Positions 30,390-40,109 of a stretch of 64,000 nucleotides of DNA are shown piece by piece. Below the pieces are notes generated by a model, which saw only the letters and a list, made by a program, of their open reading frames with translations, did not search any database and was not told the origin of the DNA. Position 1 is the stretch's first letter. The number at the start of each line of letters is the position of its first letter. The stretch is from an uncultured Azospirillaceae bacterium (GTDB taxonomy: Bacteria > Pseudomonadota > Alphaproteobacteria > Rickettsiales > UBA3002): the NCBI GenBank assembly GCA_964564675.1, contig CAZMBI010000003.1, forward strand, positions 6,033-70,032, in the 5' to 3' direction. Both the position numbers and the translations under genes were made by a program.

Positions 30390-31772
30390 TTATGATATTT
30401 TGGGGGCATCCAGCCCCACAAGCAACGCTCCCTTGGCGCGCAGGCGCCACCACAGCAGCAACGCCGGCAGGCCCATCAGTGCGGAAGCGGCGAACATGCC
30501 CGACCAGCCGATCCATTCGGCGACCAGCCCAGCCGAACCGGCGAGTGTTTTACTGGCCAGCGAGGCCAGCGAGGACAGCAGCGCGTATTGGGTGGCGGTA
30601 TATTCGAGGTTGCACAGCCGCATCATATAGGCGATGGCCGCCGCTGTGACCATGCCGCCGGAAAGGTTGTCGACACTGATGGCAAGCATCAGATAGTCTT
30701 GGCGCGGGCCGACAGCGCCAAATCCGGCATAAATCAGATTGGCCACCATCTGAAAGAGCAGAAAAGACAGCAGGCACCAGCGCACTCCCTTAAGGCGAAT
30801 CAGGCTGCCGCCGACAAACATCCCCAGCAGGGTCGCGCCGAACCCATAGATTTTGGCAATGGCGGCAATTTCGCTCTTGGTAAAGCCGATATCAAGGAAA
30901 AACGGCGTGGTGATGAAGGCGATGAAACCGTCGGGGATGCGGTAGCACAGGATAAACAGCAAAATCAGCAGCCAATAAGGATAGCGCTGCATAAAGTCAC
31001 GGAAGGGCATGACGAAGGCGTTGATGAGCCATTCTCGGACGGCTCCCTTTCCCTCTGAGGGGGAAGATTGGGGAGGGGGGTGACCGCTTGCGCCATCAAT
31101 TCCCGATAGAACGCCTCCCCCCTTCTTCAAGGGGAGGGGGTTTTGCGGCTCTCTTGCACATAGCACCGCGAGCATACCCACCGCCATACAGGCGGCCATG
31201 GCCAGATAAACGATCGGCCAGGTGGTCTGGTCAGCCAGCGCCAGCGCCCCCGCCCCGGCCACCAGCATCCCGAGTCGATAGCCGAACACCGCCATTGCCG
31301 CGCCCTCGCCATATTGCCGGGGCTCAAGATATTCGGCGCGGAAGGCATCGATCACCACATCCTGACTGGCGGAGAAAAAGGCAATCCCAACCGCAATCCA
31401 GGCGAACGCGAACGGGTGGCTGCCGGGATCGGAAAAGGCAAGCAACGCCAAGACTCCCGCCAGACAGGCCTGGATGAACAACATCCAGCCCCGCCGCCGG
31501 CCGAAACGACGGGTTAAAAACGGCAGGCGCAGATGGTCGATCAGTGGCGCCCAGACGAAATTGAAGGAATAGGGAACCGCCACCAGCGCAAACGCCCCGA
31601 TGGTGGCTTTATCAAGCCCGGCATCGCTCAGCCAGGCCCCCAGCGTACCGCCCACCAGCAAAAGCGGCAGGCCGCTGGAGAAACCGAGGAACAATACGAT
31701 AAGCAGTTTGGGGTGTAAGTAAGGGGCCAGGATTCGGGGTTCAGGATTCGGATGATTTTTATTTTCTTTCAT
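30390..31772 (-). CDS. ampG: AmpG-family muropeptide MFS permease, carrying an in-frame repeat insertion in the central loop
   Basis: Starting at the ATG at 31772 (MKENKNHPNPEPRILAPYLHPKLLIVLFLGFSSGLPLLL...) gives 460 aa with 12-14 TM segments and FGRRRGWM. The track start at 31964 overlaps the upstream kinase gene and is rejected. Confidence 0.85.
   Translation of the reverse strand: MKENKNHPNPEPRILAPYLHPKLLIVLFLGFSSGLPLLLVGGTLGAWLSDAGLDKATIGAFALVAVPYSFNFVWAPLIDHLRLPFLTRRFGRRRGWMLFIQACLAGVLALLAFSDPGSHPFAFAWIAVGIAFFSASQDVVIDAFRAEYLEPRQYGEGAAMAVFGYRLGMLVAGAGALALADQTTWPIVYLAMAACMAVGMLAVLCAREPQNPLPLKKGGGVLSGIDGASGHPPPQSSPSEGKGAVREWLINAFVMPFRDFMQRYPYWLLILLFILCYRIPDGFIAFITTPFFLDIGFTKSEIAAIAKIYGFGATLLGMFVGGSLIRLKGVRWCLLSFLLFQMVANLIYAGFGAVGPRQDYLMLAISVDNLSGGMVTAAAIAYMMRLCNLEYTATQYALLSSLASLASKTLAGSAGLVAEWIGWSGMFAASALMGLPALLLWWRLRAKGALLVGLDAPKIS
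31041..31145. repeat. C-rich/G-rich hairpin-repeat element inside ampG
   Basis: CCCTTTCCCTCTGAGGGGGAAG (31046-31066), then GGGGAGGGGGG (31070-31080), then the hairpin CCTCCCC-N10-GGGGAGG (31114-31137). It encodes ...GHPPPQSSPSEGKGAV... in the central cytoplasmic loop. Confidence 0.65.
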
Positions 31773-31794
31773 ATCTTCTTCCTGAATCCCTCCT

Positions 31795-32790
31795 TTAAGC
31801 CGCCAGCACGTCTTTGAGCGGCTTGAGCGCCCGCGCGCCGAGTTGCTGGATGATTTGGGTGGCGCACAGGCTGCCCAGCCGCCCGCACTCGGCCAGCGGC
31901 ATGGCATGCACATAGCCATAGAGAAATCCTGCGGCATATAAATCGCCGGCGCCGGTGGTATCAATCACCTCGTTGGCAGGCACCGGGGCAACGTCAAGCC
32001 GTTCATCCTTGCTTAAGATCACCGAGCCTTTTTCGCTGCGGGTGATAATGACCGCATCGCACCGGCCCTGCAGGTGATCAAGGATATCCTCCCAGCTACT
32101 ATCGGGATACAGCGCCCGGGCTTCAGCTTCGTTGGCAAACAATATATCGATATGATTGGTGATAATTTCCTGAAACGCCTCGCGGTGATTGTCGACGCAA
32201 AACACATCCGACAAGGTAAACGCGCTTTTGGCGCCATGGCGCTCGGCCAGCGCGAAGGCATGGCGGACCATGGCCTGATTGTCCGGTGTGCTCCACTGAT
32301 AGCCTTCGATATAGACGACCTTGGCCTTGGCGATGAGCGTTTCGTCGAGGTCGCTGTCGGCCATGTCGCTGCCCGCACCGAGATAGGTGTTCATCGTACG
32401 CTGCGCATCGGGCGTCACCAGAATATAGCTGCAGCCGGTGGGTTTGTCGCCGGTGGCAACGGGCGTATCGAAATCGACTCCCACCGCGCGCAGATCGTGG
32501 CGATAGATACGGCCGAACTGATCGTCGGCGACTTTGCCGATAAAGGCGGTGTGGGCGCCCAGCGATGCCAGCCCGGCCAGGGTATTGGCCGCCGAGCCGC
32601 CGGATACTTCCTGGCTTTGCTCCATATGGCTATACAGCCGGTTGGCCTCTTCCGCCGTGATCAGCGTCATCGCGCCTTTTTTCATATCATAGCGTTCCAG
32701 CAGGGCATCATCGGTAAAGGCGAGAATATCCAAAATGGCGTTGCCGATGGCCACGACGTCGTAGGGTTTATTGCGATCAAGTCCGTACAT
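31795..32790 (-). CDS. PfkB-family carbohydrate/nucleoside kinase (adenosine kinase-like)
   Basis: 331 aa. Contains GGSAANT and the C-terminal anion-hole motif DTTGAGDLYAAGFLYG. Confidence 0.75.
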   Translation of the reverse strand: MYGLDRNKPYDVVAIGNAILDILAFTDDALLERYDMKKGAMTLITAEEANRLYSHMEQSQEVSGGSAANTLAGLASLGAHTAFIGKVADDQFGRIYRHDLRAVGVDFDTPVATGDKPTGCSYILVTPDAQRTMNTYLGAGSDMADSDLDETLIAKAKVVYIEGYQWSTPDNQAMVRHAFALAERHGAKSAFTLSDVFCVDNHREAFQEIITNHIDILFANEAEARALYPDSSWEDILDHLQGRCDAVIITRSEKGSVILSKDERLDVAPVPANEVIDTTGAGDLYAAGFLYGYVHAMPLAECGRLGSLCATQIIQQLGARALKPLKDVLAA

Positions 32791-32802
32791 TGCTAAAGCC
32801 CT

Positions 32803-32832
32803 TAGTTGTTTGCAGGTAGTAGTTGTTTGCAG
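32803..32832. promoter_or_regulatory. tandem 13-bp direct repeat TAGTTGTTTGCAG x2 (17-bp period) just upstream of the PfkB kinase start
   Basis: The copies are at 32803-32815 and 32820-32832, both perfect. They lie 13-42 nt upstream of the ATG at 32790 on the coding strand. Confidence 0.35.
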
Positions 32833-32868
32833 ATAGCAGATAGTCGTTAGCCATCAGCGCCGTAACGG

Positions 32869-33606
32869 CTAACCGCTAACGGCTAGTAACTCCCGTGCTT
32901 TCTCCAGATCCGCCGGCGTGTCCACGCCCAGCGGTAGCGCATCCACGATACATACTTCAATTCGCATGCCTTCTTCAAGCGCGCGTAATTGTTCGAGCCG
33001 CTCGCGCTGCTCGAGCGGGCTGGGCGGCAGGCTGACAAAACGCCCAAGCGCCGCCCGGCGATAGGCATACACACCGATATGATGATATAACGGCCCATCA
33101 CCGCCGGGCGCGGCGGCCCGTGTGAAATACAGCGCGCGGCCACGGCGTTCGGTATCAAACGTGATGACGGGCTTGACGACGGCGGGGTTGGTTTTTTCCC
33201 TGTCGTCGGTAATTTCCACCGCCAGGGTGGCGATATCCACCTGCGGGTGACTGAGACCATCCAGCAGGGTGGTAAGCAGGTTCGGCTCGAACGTGGGCAG
33301 ATCGCCCTGCAGATTAATCACGATGTCGTGCCGTCCTTCCGGGTCCACTTGCGCGAGCGCCTCCCAAATACGGTCCGACCCAGAGGCATGCGCCGGATCG
33401 GTCAGCACCGCCTTGCCCCCTGCCCGCTCGACCACCCAGGCGATTTCCGCATCATCGCAGGCGACCACGACCGGGCCGAGCTCGGCCTCGCAGGCGCGGC
33501 GCCAGACATGCGTGATCATCGGCTCATCGCCGATCATGGCGAGTGGCTTATCGGGCAGGCGCGTGGCACGCCGGCGCGCCGGAATCAGAATTATCGGCTG
33601 TGGCAT
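32869..33606 (-). CDS. kdsB: 3-deoxy-manno-octulosonate cytidylyltransferase (CMP-KDO synthetase)
   Basis: 245 aa. Contains [24 protein letters not shown] and LEQLRALE. Confidence 0.9.
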   Translation of the reverse strand: MPQPIILIPARRRATRLPDKPLAMIGDEPMITHVWRRACEAELGPVVVACDDAEIAWVVERAGGKAVLTDPAHASGSDRIWEALAQVDPEGRHDIVINLQGDLPTFEPNLLTTLLDGLSHPQVDIATLAVEITDDREKTNPAVVKPVITFDTERRGRALYFTRAAAPGGDGPLYHHIGVYAYRRAALGRFVSLPPSPLEQRERLEQLRALEEGMRIEVCIVDALPLGVDTPADLEKARELLAVSG

Positions 33607-33800
33607 CGGTTCCTGATTGAGGCACGAGGTGGCGCGAAAAGCAAGGGGTTTGCGCAGTATCCATTGACATTCGCCTGCTTTCGCGCTTGATAACTAGTTG
33701 GACAGTTATACTGCGCTAGCCGACGCCAAAGCGCAGAGTCTGTCACGATTCTGCGATGCCTGCGGCCTTCGCTGAACGATAACGTAATACAGGACATCAC

Positions 33801-34487
33801 ATGGAATTAAATAAAATCGCTGCTGCCGTATTGCTCGCCGGACTGATCGGGATGGTCACCGGTAAGGTCGCCACGATTTTGTATTATGGCGGCGATCCGC
33901 ATGCGGGAGGAGACAAGGAGATCACTCGCGGCTATGAAATCGAGGGCGCCGAGGAATATCTCTCGGAAATGGCGGCGGGTGCCGGAAAAGAAAAGAAAGA
34001 GGAAAAGCTCGCCAGTATCATTCCGCTGCTGCACAAAGCCGATATACAGGCCGGTGAGTCGTTTTTCGCGAAAAAATGCGCGCTGTGCCATACGCATGAA
34101 AAAGGCGGGCCGCACCGCACCGGCCCCAACCAGTGGGAGGTGGTTGGTCAGGATATCGCTTCGAAAGAGGGGTTCAATTATTCGGATGCGCTGTCGGACT
34201 ATCCCGGCGAATGGACCTATGATGAACTCAACGGGTTTTTACACAAACCCAAGAAATATATTCCCGGCACGATCATGGCCTATATCGGTATCCGCGACGC
34301 CGAAGACCGCGCCAATGTCATCGCCTACTTGCGCACCTTAAGTGACAGTCCGGAGCCGATTCCGGAAGCGCCCGCCGAGCCGGAAGAACCGGCAGATGCG
34401 GAAGGTGAGGCACAAGAGGAGCCCACAGCCGATACAATGCCCGCCGATGGCACTTCGGACGCTCCGGGGGCGGGTGAAACGCCATGA
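33801..34487 (+). CDS. membrane-anchored class I cytochrome c (CycM-like) with an acidic Pro/Glu-rich C-terminal tail
   Basis: 228 aa with an N-terminal TM helix, heme motif CALCH, and a downstream GTIMAY segment whose Met is the likely distal heme ligand. The tail is PEPIPEAPAEPEEPADAEGEAQEEP. Confidence 0.8.
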   Translation: MELNKIAAAVLLAGLIGMVTGKVATILYYGGDPHAGGDKEITRGYEIEGAEEYLSEMAAGAGKEKKEEKLASIIPLLHKADIQAGESFFAKKCALCHTHEKGGPHRTGPNQWEVVGQDIASKEGFNYSDALSDYPGEWTYDELNGFLHKPKKYIPGTIMAYIGIRDAEDRANVIAYLRTLSDSPEPIPEAPAEPEEPADAEGEAQEEPTADTMPADGTSDAPGAGETP

Positions 34488-34942
34488 CGCTCGAGCCCGC
34501 TTACTGGTGGCTGATTGCCGGGGCATTGTTTCTGGCCGTTGAGGCTTTCGGCATTCAGGGTATCGGTTTCTTATTTGTCGGGCTGGCCGCCATCATTATC
34601 GGGCTGGTGGTGAATTATCAGCTGATCCCGCCTGAAAACTGGATCGCCCAGTTCGGCGCGTTTTTCGGTATCGCCACGCTGATGGCCGCCCTGTTATGGA
34701 AAAAGCTGAAGAACTGGCGCACAAGCCCGGCCACAGCCGCGGATTATCAGAATATTATCGGCGATATGGCCACCGTCGGCAAAGACGGGCTCAGTCAGGG
34801 CAAAATCGGCCAGGTTAGCTGGTCGGGCACAACCATGATGGCGGAGCTGGACTCCGATGCGCCGGCGCATTGCGAACAGGGCGCTATTGTTGAGATTGTA
34901 GCGGTTAAGGGCAATAAGCTGGTGGTGCGACCGGTGGCTTAG
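34484..34942 (+). CDS. NfeD-family membrane protein
   Basis: 152 aa with three N-terminal TM helices and a soluble C-terminal beta-domain (GQVSWSGTTMMAEL...IVEIVAVKGNKLVVRP). Its start overlaps the cytochrome c stop (ATGA). It is followed by an SPFH gene. Confidence 0.75.
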   Translation: MTLEPAYWWLIAGALFLAVEAFGIQGIGFLFVGLAAIIIGLVVNYQLIPPENWIAQFGAFFGIATLMAALLWKKLKNWRTSPATAADYQNIIGDMATVGKDGLSQGKIGQVSWSGTTMMAELDSDAPAHCEQGAIVEIVAVKGNKLVVRPVA

Positions 34943-35018
34943 TGGCTGGTGAATAGCGGATAGGGGGGGCACGGCCTGTCCCTTACTCACTACCCATTAT
35001 CCAACCCGGAGGCATCCC

Positions 35019-36002
35019 ATGGACTTTGGCTCGCTGTTTTTACTCGTTATCGGTTTTGTCATCTTCCTGGTCATCTGGAAGGGGGTGAAGATTGTCCCCC
35101 AGCAGACGGCCTGGATTATCGAAAAGCTCGGCCGCTTCGACCGTAAGCTGGAACCGGGACTCAATCTGCTCATCCCGTTTATCGAGCGCATCGCCTATAG
35201 ACATTCGCTCAAGGAATTCGCCTTTGATGTGCAGGAGCAAACCGCCATCTCGCGCGATAACGTGACCCTGGTGCTCGACGGTTTGATCTATGTGCGCATT
35301 ATCGACCCGGTGCAGGCTTCCTACGGCGTGAATGACCCGGTTTATGCCGTTACGCAACTGGCGCAAACCACCATGCGCTCAGAAATCGGCAAGCTGGCGC
35401 TGGATGAATGTTTCGAGGAGCGCGAACAGCTCAACACCAATATCGTCAATGCCATCAATCAAGCCTCGCAGACCTGGGGCATTCAGTGCATGCGCTACGA
35501 AATCCGCAACATCACCCCGCCGGCCAGCGTGCTCAAAGCGATGGAGTTACAGGTTGCAGCGGAACGCAAAAAACGTGCGGAAATTCTCGACTCCGAAGGC
35601 GTGCGGCAATCCAAAATCAATGTCGCCGAGGGGGATAAACAGGAAGTGGTGCTTGAATCGGAAGCGGCGATGACGGATCAGATCAACCGCGCCCGCGGCG
35701 AGGCTGAGGCTATCCGTGAAGTGGCGCGCGCCACGGCGGAGGGGATCGAAACCGTGGCCGGTTCCATTCAGAAAGCCGGCGGCGAGGAAGCGGTGGCGCT
35801 GAAAATCGCCGAGCAATATGTCGAGGCGTTTTCCAAACTCGCCAAGGAATCGACCACGCTGCTGTTGCCGGCCAATGCCAGCGATGCCGGCTCAATGGTA
35901 GCCCAGGCGCTGGCGGTATTCAACTCCATCCGCAACCATCCGGAAACACCGGTCGCCCCGCAGCCGGGCAAACCGCCAAGCGGGCCGTGGACGCAGAATT
36001 AG
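35019..36002 (+). CDS. SPFH/band 7 (stomatin/paraslipin-like) protein
   Basis: 327 aa with an N-terminal TM helix. Contains VPQQTAWIIEKLGRF, RDNVTL and AERKKRAEILDSEG. Confidence 0.9.
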   Translation: MDFGSLFLLVIGFVIFLVIWKGVKIVPQQTAWIIEKLGRFDRKLEPGLNLLIPFIERIAYRHSLKEFAFDVQEQTAISRDNVTLVLDGLIYVRIIDPVQASYGVNDPVYAVTQLAQTTMRSEIGKLALDECFEEREQLNTNIVNAINQASQTWGIQCMRYEIRNITPPASVLKAMELQVAAERKKRAEILDSEGVRQSKINVAEGDKQEVVLESEAAMTDQINRARGEAEAIREVARATAEGIETVAGSIQKAGGEEAVALKIAEQYVEAFSKLAKESTTLLLPANASDAGSMVAQALAVFNSIRNHPETPVAPQPGKPPSGPWTQN

Positions 36003-36175
36003 ACGTTGCACCTTGGAACCGGTTCATAAACGGCATCTCTTTACCCGCCGGTGAAGCCGCCACGTAACCGGGATCGGGCCCGGCGGCGGCAAACGGGTAT
36101 GGCCTCCCATAGCAAAAGGCGTTATACTGCCGACCACATCATGAACGTGCCAACCTCCCACATCGTTTCCAGCTC

Positions 36176-37966
36176 ATGCGTTTCCTTGTTTTTTTCCTGA
36201 TCATACTTATCGGCTGGCTACCTGCCGCGCAGGCCGCGCCGTCGCACGGGCTGACACCGTTCGGAGAGCTGAAATACCCGCCGGATTTCCCTTATTTTGA
36301 TTATGTCAATCCGCAGGCTCCCAAGGGCGGGCGTTTCCGGCTGGGCTACTCCGCCGCCTTCGATAATCTCAATCCGTTTATCCTGAAAGGCGTCTCAGCG
36401 CCCGGTATGAGCGAGTATTTCGAGACACTGATGACACCCGCGCTTGATGAACCGCAATCCTATTACGGCCTGCTGGCGCGCTCCATCGAGATCGCCGACG
36501 ATAAAACCCATGCCGATTTTATCCTGCGCCCGCAGGCGCGCTGGCATGACGGTGAGCCGGTCACCGCCGAGGATGTGGCGTTTTCCTTTCGTACTTTAAA
36601 AGAAGAAGGTCACCCCAATTTCCGCATTCTGTATGAGCCCATCGAACGGGTGGAGGTCCTTGATACCCACCATGTGCGCTTTCACTTCAGCAATCCCGAT
36701 CTGCGCGAACTGCCGCTGCTGGCCGCCTCGATGCCGGTGCTGCCGGCGCATTATTATGCCCGGCACGCATTTTCCCAGACGACGCTGGAACCGCCACTGA
36801 CCAGCGGGCCCTACCGCGTCAAGGAGGTGGATCAGGGGCGCTCGATCACCTTTGAGCGGGTGGCGGATTACTGGGGCAAAGACCTGCCGGTGAATATCGG
36901 CCAGCATAATTTTGACGAATGGCGCTATGATGTGTTCCGCGATGAAACGGTGGGTGTGGAAGCGCTCAAGGCCGGGCGTTATGATTTCCGCGAGGAATAT
37001 ATAGCGCGCAACTGGGCCACCGCCTATGACATTGCCGCAGTGGAAGAAGGCCGGCTGATCAAACGGGCCGTATCGCATAAAATCCCGCGCGGGATGCAGG
37101 CGTTCCTGTTCAATCTGCGTAAGGACAAGTTTGCCGATCGCCGCGTGCGCCGGGCTATCGGCCTGACCATGGACTTTAAATGGATGAACGAGACGCTGTT
37201 TTACGGCGCCTATGAGCGTAATACGAGTTTCTTTCAGAATACCCGCTTTGAAGCCCGGGGCCTGCCGTCCGATGCCGAAAGCGCCCTGCTTGAGGCCTTC
37301 CGCGACGATCTACCCCCTGCCCTGTTTACGCAGGCGTTTGAACTGCCGCAAACCGACGGTAGCGGTTATCCGCGCGGAAAATTATTACAGGCCCAGCAAT
37401 TACTGGAAGCCGCCGGCTGGGTGCTGCGCGACGGCGTACGCGTCAACACGCAAACCGGCGAGCCACTGACGGTGGAATTCATGATGCGCCAGCGCACATT
37501 CGAGCGTGTTGTCGGCAGTATGATCCGCAATCTGAGCAAGCTCGGCATTAAAGCCAATTTCCGCTATGTCGATGATTCACAATATCAAAAACGCATCGAC
37601 AGCCGCGATTTCGATATCATCTCGGTGTGGTGGAATCGCGGCGTGTTCTTCCCTGGCAACGAACAGGTCGGCTACTGGCATTCGAGCCAGGCCGATGTGG
37701 TGGGCGGGAACAATCTCAGCGGGATGAAACGCCCGGTGGTGGATTTTCTGCTGGACAAACTCATGCAGGCGCAAACGCTGGAGGAGCTTACCCCCGCCGC
37801 GCGCGCGCTTGACCGCGTATTGCTGTGGCATCACGTGGTGATTCCGCACTGGCATATCAGCAAATGGCGCATGCTTTACTGGGATAAGTTCGGCCAGCCG
37901 GTGATTACCCCGGCTTATGGCATGGGGCTTGAAACCTGGTGGTATGAGGGAGACAAACAACCATGA
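36176..37966 (+). CDS. yejA: ABC transporter periplasmic substrate-binding protein, family 5 (YejA-like)
   Basis: 596 aa with a signal peptide and SBP_bac_5-like sequence. It is the first gene of a yejABEF-ordered operon. Confidence 0.75.
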   Translation: MRFLVFFLIILIGWLPAAQAAPSHGLTPFGELKYPPDFPYFDYVNPQAPKGGRFRLGYSAAFDNLNPFILKGVSAPGMSEYFETLMTPALDEPQSYYGLLARSIEIADDKTHADFILRPQARWHDGEPVTAEDVAFSFRTLKEEGHPNFRILYEPIERVEVLDTHHVRFHFSNPDLRELPLLAASMPVLPAHYYARHAFSQTTLEPPLTSGPYRVKEVDQGRSITFERVADYWGKDLPVNIGQHNFDEWRYDVFRDETVGVEALKAGRYDFREEYIARNWATAYDIAAVEEGRLIKRAVSHKIPRGMQAFLFNLRKDKFADRRVRRAIGLTMDFKWMNETLFYGAYERNTSFFQNTRFEARGLPSDAESALLEAFRDDLPPALFTQAFELPQTDGSGYPRGKLLQAQQLLEAAGWVLRDGVRVNTQTGEPLTVEFMMRQRTFERVVGSMIRNLSKLGIKANFRYVDDSQYQKRIDSRDFDIISVWWNRGVFFPGNEQVGYWHSSQADVVGGNNLSGMKRPVVDFLLDKLMQAQTLEELTPAARALDRVLLWHHVVIPHWHISKWRMLYWDKFGQPVITPAYGMGLETWWYEGDKQP

Positions 37967-39069
37967 GCGCCTATATCATCCGCCGTTTATTGTTAATTCT
38001 TCCCACTTTGTTCGGGATCCTGCTGATTAATTTTATCATTGTGCAGGCCGCGCCCGGCGGACCGGTCGAGCAACTCATTTTTCAACTCACCAGCGCCGAT
38101 GCGTTAAGCGGGGCGACGGATCGTATCAGCGGACCGAAGTCTGATTTCGCCGGCAGCGCCGAGCAGGCGCAAGGCGCGCAACAGGCTGCGATGCGCGGCT
38201 CACGCGGGCTTGATCCTGAACTGATTGGGGAGATCGAGGCCATGTACGGCTTCGACAAACCGCCGCACGAGCGGTTCTTCAAGATGCTCAGCGATTATGC
38301 CCGGCTGGATTTCGGCACCAGCTTTTTCCGCGATGAGCCGGTGATCGATCTGATCATCGATAAGTTGCCGGTCTCCATTTCGCTGGGCCTGTGGACCACG
38401 CTGATCGTCTATATAATCTCGATTCCGCTGGGCATCGCCAAGGCCGTGCGTGACGGCACCCGTTTTGATGTGTGGAGCTCGACGGTAGTGATTGTCGGTC
38501 AGGCCATCCCCAGCTTCTTATTCGCCATTTTGCTCATTATTTTATTCGCCGGCGGCAGCTACTGGCAGATTTTCCCGCTGCGCGGGCTGGTCTCCGATAA
38601 TTGGGAACAGATGAGCACGCTGGAGCAGATCGCCGATTATTTCTGGCATCTCACCCTGCCGGTTGCCGCCATGGTCATCAGCGGGTTTGCCAGCCTTACC
38701 CTGCTGACCAAAAATTCCTTTCTCGAGGAAATCGGTAAGCAATATGTGATGACCGCACGCGCCAAGGGGCTTGGCGAGCGGCAGGTGCTGTACGGGCATG
38801 TCTTCCGCAATGCCATGCTGATTATCATCGCCGGGCTGCCCGGCGCTCTGCTCAGCGTGCTGTTTACCAGCGCCTTGCTGATAGAGGTAATCTTCTCGCT
38901 CGACGGGCTCGGCCTGCTCGGCTTTGAAGCCGCCTTAAGCCGTGATTACCCAGTGATGTTCGGTACGTTGTTTATCTTCACCCTCATCGGCCTGATTTTC
39001 AAGCTGATCGGGGATCTGACTTATGTGCTGGTGGACCCGCGGATTGATTTCGAACGGAGGGGGGTATGA
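37963..39069 (+). CDS. yejB: ABC transporter permease (YejB-like)
   Basis: 368 aa with an EAA-loop region [16 protein letters not shown]. It overlaps yejA by 4 bp. Confidence 0.8.
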   Translation: MSAYIIRRLLLILPTLFGILLINFIIVQAAPGGPVEQLIFQLTSADALSGATDRISGPKSDFAGSAEQAQGAQQAAMRGSRGLDPELIGEIEAMYGFDKPPHERFFKMLSDYARLDFGTSFFRDEPVIDLIIDKLPVSISLGLWTTLIVYIISIPLGIAKAVRDGTRFDVWSSTVVIVGQAIPSFLFAILLIILFAGGSYWQIFPLRGLVSDNWEQMSTLEQIADYFWHLTLPVAAMVISGFASLTLLTKNSFLEEIGKQYVMTARAKGLGERQVLYGHVFRNAMLIIIAGLPGALLSVLFTSALLIEVIFSLDGLGLLGFEAALSRDYPVMFGTLFIFTLIGLIFKLIGDLTYVLVDPRIDFERRGV

Positions 39070-40109
39070 TGTCGCCCCTTCTTCAGCGCCGCTTGGCGGT
39101 CTTCAAATCGAATCGCCGCGGCTATTGGTCGTTGTGGGTGTTTCTGGTGCTATTCGGCCTGGGCCTTATGGCGGAACTGCTGGCCAACGATAAGCCGATC
39201 CTCATCCACTATAAGGGTGAATATCTCGCGCCCATCCTGTTTACCTATACCGAAGCCGAGATGTTCGGCGGTGGGCTGAAAACCGAGGCCGATTATACCG
39301 ACCCGTTTATCATACGAGAGATCGAGCGCCACGGCTGGATGCTCAAGCCGCTGATCCCGTTTTCTTATGACACGATCAATTATGATATCACGCGAGCCCC
39401 CTCCGCGCCCGATCATGTCAACTGGCTGGGCACGGATGATCAGGGCCGCGACGTACTGGCGCGGGTGATTTACGGCTTTCGCATTTCTATCCTGTTTGCC
39501 CTGGCGCTGACTGCGATCTCCAGCGTGGTCGGCATCGTCATGGGGGCCGTTCAGGGCTATTTCGGCGGGCTGACCGATCTGCTCCTGCAGCGCTTTATTG
39601 AAATCTGGCAGGGCATGCCGGTGTTGTATCTGCTGATTATTCTGGCCAGTATAGTCGAGCCTAATATCTGGTGGCTGCTGGGTTTGATGGTTCTGTTTTC
39701 GTGGATGGCGCTGGTGGATCTGGTGCGCGCCGAATTCCTGCGCGCGCGGAATTTTGACTATGTCCGCGCCGCCCGTGCGCTCGGCGTGCGCGAGCCTACC
39801 ATTATGGTACGCCATGTATTACCCAATGCCCTGGTTTCGGTATTTACCTTTGTGCCGTTTATCCTGAGCGGCGCCATCACCACGCTCACTTCGCTGGATT
39901 TTCTTGGCTTCGGCCTGCCGCCGGGCTCACCGTCACTGGGCGAATTGCTGGCACAGGGTAAAAATAACCCGCAATCGCCCTGGCTGGGTATGACGGGCTT
40001 TCTGACCCTGGCCATCATGCTCAGCCTGCTGATTTTTATCGGCGAGGCCGTGCGTGACGCCTTCAATCCGCGTAAGACCCTGGCCCGTAAGGCGGAGGTG
40101 CTGGCATGA
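39066..40109 (+). CDS. yejE: ABC transporter permease (YejE-like)
   Basis: 347 aa with an EAA-loop region [11 protein letters not shown]. It has 4-bp overlaps on both sides. Confidence 0.8.
   Translation: MMSPLLQRRLAVFKSNRRGYWSLWVFLVLFGLGLMAELLANDKPILIHYKGEYLAPILFTYTEAEMFGGGLKTEADYTDPFIIREIERHGWMLKPLIPFSYDTINYDITRAPSAPDHVNWLGTDDQGRDVLARVIYGFRISILFALALTAISSVVGIVMGAVQGYFGGLTDLLLQRFIEIWQGMPVLYLLIILASIVEPNIWWLLGLMVLFSWMALVDLVRAEFLRARNFDYVRAARALGVREPTIMVRHVLPNALVSVFTFVPFILSGAITTLTSLDFLGFGLPPGSPSLGELLAQGKNNPQSPWLGMTGFLTLAIMLSLLIFIGEAVRDAFNPRKTLARKAEVLA

Larger units (their letters stand above)
28492..30411. other. low-GC islet (about 43-48% GC in sampled 60-bp lines versus about 60% in flanks) between hemF and ampG
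   Basis: The compositional drop was counted directly on lines 28861 and 30061. The boundaries carry TGGGGGTTACATCC (28492-28505) and TGGGGGCATCC (30401-30411), with further partial similarity downstream. Confidence 0.5.

Noticed and set aside
31773-31964. N-terminal extension of the ampG ORF (track start 31964)
   Set aside because: It overlaps the 3' end of the PfkB kinase gene and encodes a Cys/Trp/Arg-rich non-membrane peptide. The ATG at 31772 gives a normal AmpG N-terminus. For the same reason I trimmed the track starts at 43017 (qor), 11660 (GT4), 26793 (trmL) and 54469 (porin).
33664-33711. TTGACA (33664-33669) and TATACT (33706-33711) upstream of the cytochrome c gene considered as a sigma-70 promoter
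   Set aside because: The spacing between the two best hexamers is 36 nt. Alternative -10 candidates at 17-nt spacing (TTGATA) are poor, so this is not reported as a feature.
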